Of a stretch of 64,000 nucleotides of DNA, positions 1 to 9,562 are shown piece after piece. Position 1 is the stretch's first letter, and every line of letters begins with the position of its first letter. Under the pieces are notes generated by a model. That model worked only from the letters and a program-made list of their open reading frames with translations, searched no databases and was not told where the DNA came from. Location: positions 4,320,001 through 4,384,000 of the forward strand of contig OY761159.2 of assembly GCA_963664395.2 (NCBI GenBank), read 5' to 3'. The position numbers and the translations under genes were made by a program. The DNA is from Candidatus Binatia bacterium (lineage in GTDB: Bacteria > Desulfobacterota > Binatia > Bin18).

Positions 1-885
1 ACTGATTTGGTCAAGGATCTCCCGGTAGACATTGTTACCGGCGATGTACGGGACTATCCCAGCGTTCTCCAGGCGGTCCGGGGCTGTCACCACGTCTATC
101 ACGTTGCCGCGCTGTACAAATTATGGGTCCGTCACAAGCAAGACATGTATGACTGCAATGTCCTCGGCACGGAGAATATTTTGAAAGCGTCGCGCGAAGT
201 AGGAGTGGAAAAGGTAGTGTACACGAGTTCCGTGGCGACACTTGGCCTTCCTGGTGATGGTGGTCAAGGAACAGAAGAAACTCCGGTCAGTCTCTCTGAC
301 ATGATCGGTCATTACAAAAGGAGCAAGTTCCTGGCCGAACAAGTGACGCTTCAATACGCTCAAGACGGCTTGCCCGTTGTCATCGTGAATCCGAGTACTC
401 CTGTTGGCGGGGGTGATATCAAGCCAACGCCCACCGGAAAGTTTATTGTGGATTTCCTGAACGGCAATATGCCGGGCTATGTGGACACTGGGCTGAATAT
501 GGTCGATATTGAGGATGTTGCCCAGGGCCATCTTTTGGCCGCTGCGCATGGGAAAATAGGAGAAAAATATATTCTGGGCAATGAGAATCTGACACTCCAG
601 CAGATTCTCCAACTCCTCGCTGAACTCACCGGCCGGCCGGCTCCTCGCTTTAAGGTCCCGTATGCTCTTGCCTTAGGTGTTGCCTATGGTGATGCGGCAC
701 TGGCACGCCTGATTCCTGGCCGTGAGCCTTTCGCCCCTCCCGTTGGCGTCAAGCTGAGCAAGAAAAAAATGTTTTTCAGTCCGGCCAAGGCCAGACGCGA
801 ATTGGGACTCCCGCAAACCCCCGTACGCGAAGCCTTACGCAAGGCCGTTACCTGGTTCCGTGAACACGACTATGTGAAAAGGTAG
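1..885 (+). CDS. hpnA: Hopanoid-associated sugar epimerase/dehydratase (5'-truncated by window edge)
   Basis: Extended SDR: HVAALY, YTSSVATLG, YKRSK catalytic motif, DIKPTPTG; adjacent to hpnB/hpnG-like genes. Confidence 0.85.
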   Translation, partial: TDLVKDLPVDIVTGDVRDYPSVLQAVRGCHHVYHVAALYKLWVRHKQDMYDCNVLGTENILKASREVGVEKVVYTSSVATLGLPGDGGQGTEETPVSLSDMIGHYKRSKFLAEQVTLQYAQDGLPVVIVNPSTPVGGGDIKPTPTGKFIVDFLNGNMPGYVDTGLNMVDIEDVAQGHLLAAAHGKIGEKYILGNENLTLQQILQLLAELTGRPAPRFKVPYALALGVAYGDAALARLIPGREPFAPPVGVKLSKKKMFFSPAKARRELGLPQTPVREALRKAVTWFREHDYVKR

Positions 886-918
886 GAGGGGACTGCGATG
901 TCCTCCTAGGAGAAGGCG

Positions 919-2127
919 GTGACAATCTGTCTCGTGCTGGGGGCTCTTTCTCTGATCATCTGGGTAAGCATGACGTTGCATCCGGCGTGTCCGTGGGATT
1001 TTCGTCCTGTTGGAGAGGATAGTGCGCCGCCTTTTGACCCGCACGAGTGGCCCTCCGTTCAGGTCCTCATCCCGGCCAGGAACGAAGCCCGGGTATTGCC
1101 TGAGACTTTGCCCTCTCTACTGAATCAAGACTATCCAGGGGCATTTTCAGTAAGGATCATTGATGATCGCTCCCACGATCAGACTGCTGCGGTTGCGACT
1201 GCAATTGCGGATCAAGTCAATGCCAAGGACCGCCTGAGTGTTGTGTCAGGGACAGCACTCCCGTCGGGCTGGGTCGGTAAGATGTGGGCGCTCCAGCAAG
1301 GCGTTGTGGCGTGTGGCTTTGAGCAGGGCTGGCATGGGAGCCTCCCCGACTATCTTCTTCTGACCGATGCTGACATTTGGCACGCGCCCGATTCCCTACG
1401 ACACTTAGTGACAGAAAGTGAAGCTGGACAATTAGCGCTCAATAGTCGTATGGCTCGTCTCCGCTGTATAGCCTTTGCTGAACGCCTTCTTATCCCGCCG
1501 TTTGTCTTCTTTTTTATCTCGCTCTACCCCCTACGTTGGGTGAATGATCCTCGGAAAACAACTGCCGCGTCCGCTGGTGGGTGTATCCTGCTCTCCTCAC
1601 AGGCCCTCATCCGCATCGGTGGATTTCAGGCTTTGCGGGACCAGATCATAGACGATGTGACTCTTGCCCAACTGGTGAAGGGGGCCGGCCTTCCGATTCG
1701 GCTGGCCCTGAGTCGGACTGATGTCAAAAGTCTGCGCGTCTACGACAGCGTGCACAGCGTATGGCGCATGGTCCGACGTACTGCCTTTACCGAGCTCAAG
1801 TATTCTTGGCTCCGGCTCATCGGCACCCTCGCAGGTATAGCCGTCACGTTTGGTCTCCCTCCCATCTTTTTTCTGTGTGGCCTTGTATTTTTCAGTGTTC
1901 CCTCAGTTGTTGATGTCGAGGTTTCGGAACAGGTGGCTTTCCTTTTGATGCTCGAAGGAGGTATCGCCTGGGGATTGATGACCTGGGTGTATTCCCCTGG
2001 AGTGCACTTTTTTGGTTTACGCAGAGTCTGGGGCTTGACCTTACCGCTGGCCGCAGCACTATATGAAGCCATGACCCTCGATTCGGCACTCCGCCATGCC
2101 CAGAAAAAACGCGTTGACTGGCGCTAG
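919..2127 (+). CDS. hpnB: Hopanoid biosynthesis-associated glycosyltransferase (GT2)
   Basis: IPARNEA, DDRSHD, GWVGKMWAL, LTDAD, GGCIL, IIDDVTLA, WRMVRRTAFTEL; C-terminal TM helices. Confidence 0.85.
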   Translation: MTICLVLGALSLIIWVSMTLHPACPWDFRPVGEDSAPPFDPHEWPSVQVLIPARNEARVLPETLPSLLNQDYPGAFSVRIIDDRSHDQTAAVATAIADQVNAKDRLSVVSGTALPSGWVGKMWALQQGVVACGFEQGWHGSLPDYLLLTDADIWHAPDSLRHLVTESEAGQLALNSRMARLRCIAFAERLLIPPFVFFFISLYPLRWVNDPRKTTAASAGGCILLSSQALIRIGGFQALRDQIIDDVTLAQLVKGAGLPIRLALSRTDVKSLRVYDSVHSVWRMVRRTAFTELKYSWLRLIGTLAGIAVTFGLPPIFFLCGLVFFSVPSVVDVEVSEQVAFLLMLEGGIAWGLMTWVYSPGVHFFGLRRVWGLTLPLAAALYEAMTLDSALRHAQKKRVDWR

Positions 2128-2149
2128 GTTCCTCTGTACATGGAGCGGT

Positions 2150-2914
2150 ATGCTCTGGCCTATCGTTGTCTTTACTGCGCTTGCCTGGGAAAGCGCGGCG
2201 GTTCGATCGGTACTGCATCAAGTACGGCGAGAGCGAGAAGGGGTCTGGCGCGGCTCAAGCGGGCGTCGTGATGTTGTCATTGTCACCGGGGGGATAGGGC
2301 CGCACCGTGCCCGTCAGACGGTCGAAGAATTTGCGGATACACCGCTTTCGGCTGTTCTCTCTGTTGGCTGCGCTGGGGCGTTGATTCCAGGGCTCACCAC
2401 CGGCCAGCTTGTTCTGGCTCCGACTGTGCGCATGTATGCTGAGGAGATGGCAGGGCAGCTCGACACTTTCGTAGTGGATAAGCGCCTTCTCAGTGCTGCT
2501 CAGAACGCCGCACAGCAGGCCGGCGTAGAAACGACTGAAGGGGCACTCGTCACGAGTCGTCGTGTCCTCTTTACCCCGCAAGAAAAAGAAGAGCGAGGGC
2601 GAGAGACAGATTGTATTGCCGTTGAGATGGAAAGCGGAGTCCATGCGGCCTTTGCTGCGGAGCGTACGCTGCCATTTTTAGCCTTACGAGTTGTTCTTGA
2701 TTCGGTTGATATGGCCATTCCACCTATGAAAGGGGTCATAACCTCAGAGGGGAAAATCCGACTCTCCAAGGCTGTGACCCATATCGCAACCCATCCGCAT
2801 CACCTGCCGTTTTTATTACGGCTGCAACAATGCCGCAAGCAGGCGGCCGAAGCGATCTCGCGCTTATGCCGGACGTTCTTCCCGAGGCTAGATGAAATCG
2901 ACCTATCGAGGTGA
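2150..2914 (+). CDS. hpnG: Hopanoid-associated nucleoside phosphorylase (PNP/MTA family)
   Basis: TGGIG, SVGCAGAL, AVEMES, LRVVLD motifs; hpn context; ATG at 2150 preceded by GGAG. Confidence 0.7.
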   Translation: MLWPIVVFTALAWESAAVRSVLHQVRREREGVWRGSSGRRDVVIVTGGIGPHRARQTVEEFADTPLSAVLSVGCAGALIPGLTTGQLVLAPTVRMYAEEMAGQLDTFVVDKRLLSAAQNAAQQAGVETTEGALVTSRRVLFTPQEKEERGRETDCIAVEMESGVHAAFAAERTLPFLALRVVLDSVDMAIPPMKGVITSEGKIRLSKAVTHIATHPHHLPFLLRLQQCRKQAAEAISRLCRTFFPRLDEIDLSR

Positions 2915-3766
2915 GGGCGATTGTCCGGCATCGTATTTTTTCTTTTCCGAAATTTTTTCCGCTAACAATTTCTTTTGTAATTCATAGGCCGGTCTGGCCT
3001 GCTCGCGTTCGCCCCGAACGAGATAAAACCGAACAGCTTGTCCGAGTGTCTCTATGGCTTTCTCTGGCTGACCAACCTTGCTGTACGCAACTCCGAGCCC
3101 GTCGTGCGCCGCCGGGTCTCGGGGGTGCTGCTTAATGACCTCTTGGTAATACTGAATAGCCTGCTCGTATTGTCCTTTTCCTACGTAGGCCGCGGCCAGG
3201 CGGGTATGGGCGGTACTCTTACTTGGGTCGAGTCGAACAGATTCCTGGTATTCTTGTATCGCTTGATCGAGCTGTCCTTGTCGCGCAAGCTCCTGGCCCA
3301 ACTCAAAATGGGCGGCTGCTGACGAGCCATTAATCCTGAGTGCCTGTTGGAATGCGGCTCGCGCCTTGTCAAATTTCTCTTCTTGGCGAAAGGCAATCCC
3401 TTCGTTCACATAATACCCTTCAAGAAAATTCCTTGCTCCAGGGTGGTTAGGGTTGAGTTGCAGGACTGTTTTGTAGGATTGAATCGCGTCTTCTATTGCA
3501 CCAACTTTTTCGCGCACAACGCCGAGACGGTAGTGCGCCTCAACATGATTAGGGTCAATTTCGGTGAGAATCCAATAGTATTCGGCCATGGCCTCGCCCC
3601 AGCGCATCTCGTTCTCAAATTTGCGGCCGCTGTCAATATAATTCTGAGGATTCGCGGCGAGTAGCCCAACCGCGCTAGAGCTTACGACGAGGGCCAATAG
3701 ACCCGTATATATGCGTCTCACAATGCCTCCGATATGCCTTACTAGAGTACGAGTCTGGCACGCCAT
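2903..3766 (-). CDS. Tetratricopeptide repeat protein, probably exported
   Basis: Multiple TPR units (AHYRLGVV, AHFELGQEL, AHTRLAAAY, AHDGLGVAY); hydrophobic N-terminus. Confidence 0.85.
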   Translation of the reverse strand: MACQTRTLVRHIGGIVRRIYTGLLALVVSSSAVGLLAANPQNYIDSGRKFENEMRWGEAMAEYYWILTEIDPNHVEAHYRLGVVREKVGAIEDAIQSYKTVLQLNPNHPGARNFLEGYYVNEGIAFRQEEKFDKARAAFQQALRINGSSAAAHFELGQELARQGQLDQAIQEYQESVRLDPSKSTAHTRLAAAYVGKGQYEQAIQYYQEVIKQHPRDPAAHDGLGVAYSKVGQPEKAIETLGQAVRFYLVRGEREQARPAYELQKKLLAEKISEKKKYDAGQSPSPR

Positions 3767-3883
3767 CCATTATGGCTGGTATCAGAACGCTTTCCCCCCC
3801 CATGCGTCAAGACCGCTGCATGGAGGTCGGGGAAAGATATCTCCCTCTAGGCGACGCGCGGCGGGTCGGCTACAATACCCTCT

Positions 3884-4138
3884 ATGGGAACACTGCTCAA
3901 TGAGACGGAGGAGGCGATGGCTCCATGTGAGCATCTCATACATGCTGAAGAACAGATGCGAGATCTACTCTGTGTGATCAACGATCACCTCAAATTGTAT
4001 GACCCGGACGAAGATACCTATGGCTCACTCTTGTCGGTAGCGCACCATATGAATGAAGGGCTGCGGGAACTCGGGTATTTACTCGATCAGGCCGAGGAGA
4101 ATGGTTCCTCAGGAGTAGTCAAAGAAGTTGGCCACTAG
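3884..4138 (+). CDS. Small acidic helical hypothetical protein
   Basis: 84-aa ORF with protein-like composition in intergenic space. Confidence 0.55.
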   Translation: MGTLLNETEEAMAPCEHLIHAEEQMRDLLCVINDHLKLYDPDEDTYGSLLSVAHHMNEGLRELGYLLDQAEENGSSGVVKEVGH

Positions 4139-4430
4139 TCCGGACTCGCCAGAAGAACCCACTCACGCATTATGCAACCTCCAGTAAAGCAACTGCCCAA
4201 ACAACAGCGTCTTTTGACGGCAAAAAACGGTTTTGTCCTACACGTCTCCCCGCGGACCAAGCCAAAAGAGCTGAAAATGGCAAAGTCTGCGGGTCCACAT
4301 CTGATTTATGGCATATCGTATGCCTATCCTATCCCTATCCCGGTGACGCTGAGTAATTAATGCGTGGCGAGGGGCCGATTAGGCTCGTGCTATGAACGGG
4401 GGTATGATCCTACCTTCGCTCTCCTGATGC

Positions 4431-5453
4431 TTAAACGGCTGGTTGAGAGACTAAGCCAAAGTCCCTAACGCGCTCTAGGTCTGTAAATCCTTCGTATTGT
4501 TTGACAGCGGCAATCCATTTCTTGCCGTGTCGTTGAAGGTCGAACCTTGGATCATTTTGAAGATCTTTAAGGGAGGTTGAGAGCACCTTGCCTAAAATAA
4601 CCTTATCGCGATCATCGGTGTATTGTGTTGCAAGTGTTCCGTCCGGTAAGACCAGAAGAAAATATCCATCCTGCTCGGTGCGGTTGGAATACCGTACTCT
4701 CATCCAGGTGAAGTTCCTTCGTATTAGATGGATCTGCTCGCATATTAACTTATCTTCGACCTTCCACCGTTCTTCGTAAGAATGTTGGGCACGGCCAGCA
4801 TGGAGAATTCGAGAGATGTTCCATTCGAGAACGCCAATGACAGCAAGTCGCTCTGCCAGTTCAAACAACCCATGCTGATTGTGCTTTCCAATACAAGTAA
4901 GAACTCTCACCTTGTACCCAGCGTTGACCGTTCTCGATAGGAATTCAAAAACCTGATTGAGTGATCCCCTTGAAGTCTTATCGTTTCTGAGAACTCGACT
5001 CGATTCATGAACCCCCGAAAAACCGGAGTCGATACTTACATGAAACCTTACATTGGAAGGAAACCCGACAGGCCCGCTTTTATGCAAAGGCATTCCGTTT
5101 GTACTTAAAATCACATTCAGCCCGGCATCAGTTGCTACCCGTGCAATCGAGCGGATGTCTTCTCTAATAGTTGGTTCACCACCAGAGAGATCAACCCTCA
5201 TGAGACCCAATCCCCTCAGGTGCTTAAAAACCTCTGACCACTCCTGCCAATTCAGCTCAGATTTAGGAAGGGCTTCATCATTTCCGTAACAGAATTCACA
5301 GCGCAAATTACATCGCCCTGTGACTAGGCAGCCGGCCGAAATAGGCCGATTGATAAGCACTGAATCTATCTCTCCGTAAACTGCTGCCTCAAATTCGTCA
5401 AGGATGGGATCATATTCCACTCTACCCCAAGTTTCTTCTCTATGGTCAATCAT
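4431..5453 (-). CDS. Radical SAM enzyme, viperin/MoaA-like, no SPASM domain
   Basis: CNLRCEFC (CxxxCxxC), SGGEP, STNG, VSIDS; no C-terminal Cys cluster; RBS GAGGG. Confidence 0.85.
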   Translation of the reverse strand: MIDHREETWGRVEYDPILDEFEAAVYGEIDSVLINRPISAGCLVTGRCNLRCEFCYGNDEALPKSELNWQEWSEVFKHLRGLGLMRVDLSGGEPTIREDIRSIARVATDAGLNVILSTNGMPLHKSGPVGFPSNVRFHVSIDSGFSGVHESSRVLRNDKTSRGSLNQVFEFLSRTVNAGYKVRVLTCIGKHNQHGLFELAERLAVIGVLEWNISRILHAGRAQHSYEERWKVEDKLICEQIHLIRRNFTWMRVRYSNRTEQDGYFLLVLPDGTLATQYTDDRDKVILGKVLSTSLKDLQNDPRFDLQRHGKKWIAAVKQYEGFTDLERVRDFGLVSQPAV

Positions 5454-5477
5454 GTTCCCTCACTCTGTCACGGGGAA

Positions 5478-6224
5478 TCATCGCACCAAGCCAAGCCCCT
5501 CAAGCTGAATCGCCATCGCTGTGGGCGAGACTCCAAATAGGTCCGCTAGAGGGATTACGGAGGTGCTTTGCCAAATCTCTGCCCGTGCTAGGAGCAAAGC
5601 CCGATATCTTGGTCCACGGGCTGCAAGCTCGGACGGTTCGATTTTGGTCGGAGAGGCGGCGGAAAACCAAAAAGCTAAGTCGTCATTAGGCATTCTACCA
5701 TCAATGGGGGGTCCGAAACTTTTATGGAACACCTTATTAAGCAGTTTAGTGGGCATCAAAAGTTCTGCGGCAAAAGCGTCAGCTTCTACCTCCTCATGTG
5801 GCCTCTTGTAATCGTCCCGCTCCGAACCATTAAGGGGGCGCTCTCTGAGGAGGACGACAGCCGGGTGCAAAATCCAATGACCGAGTTCATGCGCTAAAGT
5901 GAACCGACGCCACTGTCTCTTGTATTTTTGGGCGGCCACGATTCTTTTTCCCACACGATCAATAAAACCTGCAATTTCGAGCCCTTCTTCTTCAGATGGA
6001 ATTTCCTCTGGTTCTTCAACCCTGATTCCTAAGACGTTATGGATAACGAAGGGCACGTCGAGTGGGAATAGCTCCTTTGGATCAATATCACGAGACCAGA
6101 ATTCCCCCCGTCTCTTCCAGAATCCTCGCAGCAACTCCTGCGCTGCATTGACCGCTCGTACGTTTCTTTCTGGTGGCATTGCTTCACAACCCCAATATAT
6201 TGAGCCTACTTGCCTCCATACCAC
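5478..6224 (-). CDS. ImmA/IrrE family Zn metallo-endopeptidase (alternative start 6179)
   Basis: RRFTLAHELGH (HExxH), EVEADAFAAELLMP, C-terminal LADLFGVSPTAMAIQL. Confidence 0.9.
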   Translation of the reverse strand: MVWRQVGSIYWGCEAMPPERNVRAVNAAQELLRGFWKRRGEFWSRDIDPKELFPLDVPFVIHNVLGIRVEEPEEIPSEEEGLEIAGFIDRVGKRIVAAQKYKRQWRRFTLAHELGHWILHPAVVLLRERPLNGSERDDYKRPHEEVEADAFAAELLMPTKLLNKVFHKSFGPPIDGRMPNDDLAFWFSAASPTKIEPSELAARGPRYRALLLARAEIWQSTSVIPLADLFGVSPTAMAIQLEGLGLVR

Positions 6225-6259
6225 TATATATAGATAAAAGCAACATTATTGCGCCGTTT

Positions 6260-6291
6260 AGGCTAGAGCCTTTCACGATAGGCTCTAGCCT
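6260..6291. promoter_or_regulatory. Perfect 12-bp inverted repeat upstream of the IrrE-like gene (operator or hairpin)
   Basis: AGGCTAGAGCCT-N8-AGGCTCTAGCCT; no U-tract on either side. Confidence 0.45.
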
Positions 6292-6391
6292 TATAGCTGC
6301 CCGTTCGTTTCGTATCCGTGCAGCGAGGGAAACGCGGCCACAAGCCTGCTGCCTCCTTGCGTCTACACAGAATCGTGATTTACTCTAGTAT

Positions 6392-6536
6392 GGCATGCGG
6401 TGGTGGGTGCCCGGTCCGTTAAGGCTGGAAACCTCTGCTATCGCTCCGACCAAGGTCAACCGCGGCGCGCTATGCCGCGCCCCGCCCGGTTTGATACCGG
6501 CCCGCCCCAGAGAGGCCCTCAGTTTCCCCGTATGCC
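6392..6536 (-). ncRNA. Structured non-coding RNA candidate, possibly 6S-like
   Basis: Ends pair (GGCATACGG / CCGCATGCC); inner pairings GGAAAC/GTTTCC and CTCTG/CAGAG; internal hairpins; contains AGCCTTAA and GGGCACCCACC reminiscent of 6S RNAs. Confidence 0.35.
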
Positions 6537-6588
6537 GCCCCTTGCCTCCCGTCCCCCACAACAGGCTCTTTACCCCGCTGGGCAAAGT

Positions 6589-9417
6589 CTACGAACAGCC
6601 GCTTGTTGAACCACAGTCCAAGCATTTATAGCACGAGCCATTCCGGATCATGATTGAGCCGCAGTCCGCACAACTTGGCGCATCGGCTTGGGTCTGCCAA
6701 GTCGGGCGGGTATAGGCGGTGTCCACTGGTCTTTGCCGTATACGCTCATCAATAGCAGCGCGTGTGGTCTCTACGTCGTGTTTAACCGGTGCGACAGGCT
6801 CTGGAGTATGGGAGTCAGTCTGGACGGATTCGGGTTTCATTTCGGCCAGTCCAGCCTCTTGTTTCTGCTCGGCGGACAGGAAGCGGGTCCCCAGAAAACG
6901 GAAAATATAATCCGTTAAAGATTTAGCAAATGGAATATCGGGATTCCTGGTGAAGCCTGATGGCTCAAATCGGACATGGCTGAATTTGTTTACCAAGGCT
7001 TCGAGTGGAACGCCATACTGCAACGAAACCGAGGTCAAGGTAGCAATCGTATCCATTAAGCCAGAGATGGTGCTACCTTCTTTCGCCATGCGGATGAACA
7101 TTTCACCCGGCGTCCCGTCCTCATAAAAACCAACGTGGATATAGCCCTGGTGCCCAGCAATCTCGAACTTATGACAAATCGCATCTCGGTCTTCGGGTAA
7201 ATGTCTGCGGACCGGTTTTGGCTCAGCAGTAACAGCCGTCTGTCCGGCTGAGGGTACTGCTGGCTGAGACTGTTTCTGTGTTCCCAGCGGCTGAACCCGC
7301 TTGCAGCCATCCCGATAGATAGCGACGGCCTTCAGTCCGAGCTTCCATGACTCAATATAGGCATCGGTGATGTCTTCGACTGTTGCATCATTGGGCATAT
7401 TGATGGTTTTTGAGATTGCCCCGGAAATAAAAGGCTGGACCGCGCCCATCATGCGCAAATGGCCTAAATGATGAATCGTACGGCTCCCATTCGTAGGCTT
7501 GAATGCACAGTCAAACACGTTTAGGTGTTTGTCATATAAATAAGAAGCTCCCTCAATGGTTTCATGCTTGTCGATATACTCAACAATGGACTGAACTTCT
7601 TTGCTGTCGTAGCCGAGCCGTTTGAGGGACCGGGGAACGGTGTTGTTCACGATCTTGAGCATGCCACCACCGACCAAGCGTTTGTATTTGACCAGGGCAA
7701 TATCAGGTTCGACGCCTGTGGTGTCACAGTCCATCATGAAAGCGATTGTGCCAGTTGGCGCTAGCACCGTTGCTTGTGAGTTGCGATAGCCAACTTCTTG
7801 TCCCAATACCAGGGCTTCATCCCAGACCTTGCGCGCGTCCGACAGTAAATCAAGAGGAATGTAGGCGGGGTTAAGTTTATGCGTATGAGAGCGGTGCTTG
7901 TCGATAACCTTCAGCATCGGCTTGCTGTTCTCTGCATAGCCTGAAAATGGTCCGATCTCTTTTGCAATACGGGCAGACTGAAGATAGGCTTGGCCCGTCA
8001 TCAAGGCAGTGATCGCTCCGGCATACTGCCGTCCGGCTTCTGAATCATAAGGCAAACCTAGGGACATAAGGAGGGCGCCGAGGTTGGCATAGCCCAAGCC
8101 GAGTTCACGAAATGCCTTGGCATTGGCTGTGATTTCTTCTGTCGGGTAGCTCGAATTATCAATAATGATATCTTGAGCCATTATACTAATATCAACAGCA
8201 TGCTTAAATGAAACAGTATCAAAGCCACCGTCGTCTTTAGCAAATTTAAGCAGGTTCAGAGACGCTAAGTTACAGGCACTATTGTCGAGGTGCATATACT
8301 CTGAACAGGGATTCGAGGCATTAATACGACCAGTATTCGGACACGTATGCCAGTCATTAATCGTAGTATCGAACTGCATACCCGGATCGCCACAATGATG
8401 AGTTGCAGTGGCAATCTGGTGCATGAGATCACGGGCCTGATAGGATGCACACGGATCGCCCGTTATGACAAAGCGCGTCTGCCACTCGGCGTTATTAATC
8501 ACGGCCTGCATAAAGCCATCGGTCGCTCGGACCGAGTTGTTTGCATTCTGGAAGAAAACCGAGTTATAGGCATCTCCGTCAATTGAGCCGTCATACCCGG
8601 CTTCAATCAAGGTCCACGCTTTTTTCTCCTCTTCGACTTTACACTGAATAAACTCAAGGATATCCGGATGGTCAGCGTTGAGGACAACCATTTTAGCGGC
8701 GCGGCGCGTTTTTCCGCCAGACTTGATGACCCCGGCAGAGGCATCTGCGGCACGCATAAAAGAAACAGGCCCCGATGCCGTTCCACCACCCCCTAATTGT
8801 TCTTTTGCCGATCGAATTTTAGAGAGATTGACACCCGCCCCTGAGCCCCCTTTGAAAATTACTCCCTCCTTACGATACCAATCCAGGATGGAGTCCATAG
8901 TGTCGTCGACCGAAAGAATAAAACAGGCTGAACATTGAGGGTGGGGCTCTACGCCGACGTTGAACCAGACTGGACTATTGAAGGCCAATTTTTGCTGAAC
9001 GAGCAAGTGGGTTAATTCGTCTGAAAAGGTTTTCGCGTCTTCTGCACTTGCAAAATAGTTACCCTGTTTGCCCCAGGTAGTGATCGTATTGACCACGCGG
9101 CCGATCATTTGGCGGACACTGGACTCGCGTTGTGGGGTCCCGAGCGGACCACGAAAGTATTTCGAGACAACGACGTTTGTCGCGAGTTGAGACCAGGATT
9201 TCGGAATGTCTACATCCCGTTGCTCAAAGACGACCTCTCCATTTTCGCCCGATATCACGGCCCTCCGCTTCTCCCATTCAACCGTCTCGAACGGGTCAAC
9301 GTTTGGCTGGGTAAAATAACGCTGAATCGTAATGCCTTTGTTTTCCCGAATTACTTGTCGTTTGGGTTGTTCTGCCTCGGGTACTCCCTCTGCCTCGGCC
9401 GTAAGCGTTTCCTCCAT
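6589..9417 (-). CDS. nrdJ: Adenosylcobalamin-dependent class II ribonucleotide reductase
   Basis: FNSPVWFN, QCSACFI, SNPCSEY, APTGTI, GAISKTIN, C-terminal TSCPD-type region and CxxC..C..CxxC zinc ribbon. Confidence 0.96.
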   Translation of the reverse strand: MEETLTAEAEGVPEAEQPKRQVIRENKGITIQRYFTQPNVDPFETVEWEKRRAVISGENGEVVFEQRDVDIPKSWSQLATNVVVSKYFRGPLGTPQRESSVRQMIGRVVNTITTWGKQGNYFASAEDAKTFSDELTHLLVQQKLAFNSPVWFNVGVEPHPQCSACFILSVDDTMDSILDWYRKEGVIFKGGSGAGVNLSKIRSAKEQLGGGGTASGPVSFMRAADASAGVIKSGGKTRRAAKMVVLNADHPDILEFIQCKVEEEKKAWTLIEAGYDGSIDGDAYNSVFFQNANNSVRATDGFMQAVINNAEWQTRFVITGDPCASYQARDLMHQIATATHHCGDPGMQFDTTINDWHTCPNTGRINASNPCSEYMHLDNSACNLASLNLLKFAKDDGGFDTVSFKHAVDISIMAQDIIIDNSSYPTEEITANAKAFRELGLGYANLGALLMSLGLPYDSEAGRQYAGAITALMTGQAYLQSARIAKEIGPFSGYAENSKPMLKVIDKHRSHTHKLNPAYIPLDLLSDARKVWDEALVLGQEVGYRNSQATVLAPTGTIAFMMDCDTTGVEPDIALVKYKRLVGGGMLKIVNNTVPRSLKRLGYDSKEVQSIVEYIDKHETIEGASYLYDKHLNVFDCAFKPTNGSRTIHHLGHLRMMGAVQPFISGAISKTINMPNDATVEDITDAYIESWKLGLKAVAIYRDGCKRVQPLGTQKQSQPAVPSAGQTAVTAEPKPVRRHLPEDRDAICHKFEIAGHQGYIHVGFYEDGTPGEMFIRMAKEGSTISGLMDTIATLTSVSLQYGVPLEALVNKFSHVRFEPSGFTRNPDIPFAKSLTDYIFRFLGTRFLSAEQKQEAGLAEMKPESVQTDSHTPEPVAPVKHDVETTRAAIDERIRQRPVDTAYTRPTWQTQADAPSCADCGSIMIRNGSCYKCLDCGSTSGCS

Positions 9418-9464
9418 CCGAGCTTTCCTCCTCTTCTTAATTAAACAAAACGTTACAGTACTAC

Positions 9465-9480
9465 ATACCACATCTTGTGT
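9465..9480 (-). promoter_or_regulatory. NrdR box
   Basis: ACACAAGATGTGGTAT on the minus strand, ~50 bp upstream of nrdJ; resembles consensus acaCwAtATaTwGtgt. Confidence 0.7.
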
Positions 9481-9562
9481 GTCAAGACATGAGGCCCGCA
9501 AGACTTGGTAGGTCACGAAATCTCTTCTGTTTTCGCGGGTTTTGTTCTATCCTGATGCAGAG

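Noticed and set aside
4431-5453. HpnH/HpnJ hopanoid radical SAM, or a SPASM RiPP maturase
   Set aside because: Opposite strand and different composition from the hpn genes; no B12-binding, HpnH-type or SPASM cysteine domain
9418-9560. Cobalamin riboswitch upstream of nrdJ
   Set aside because: Intergenic space is short and lacks B12-box motifs; only an NrdR box is visible
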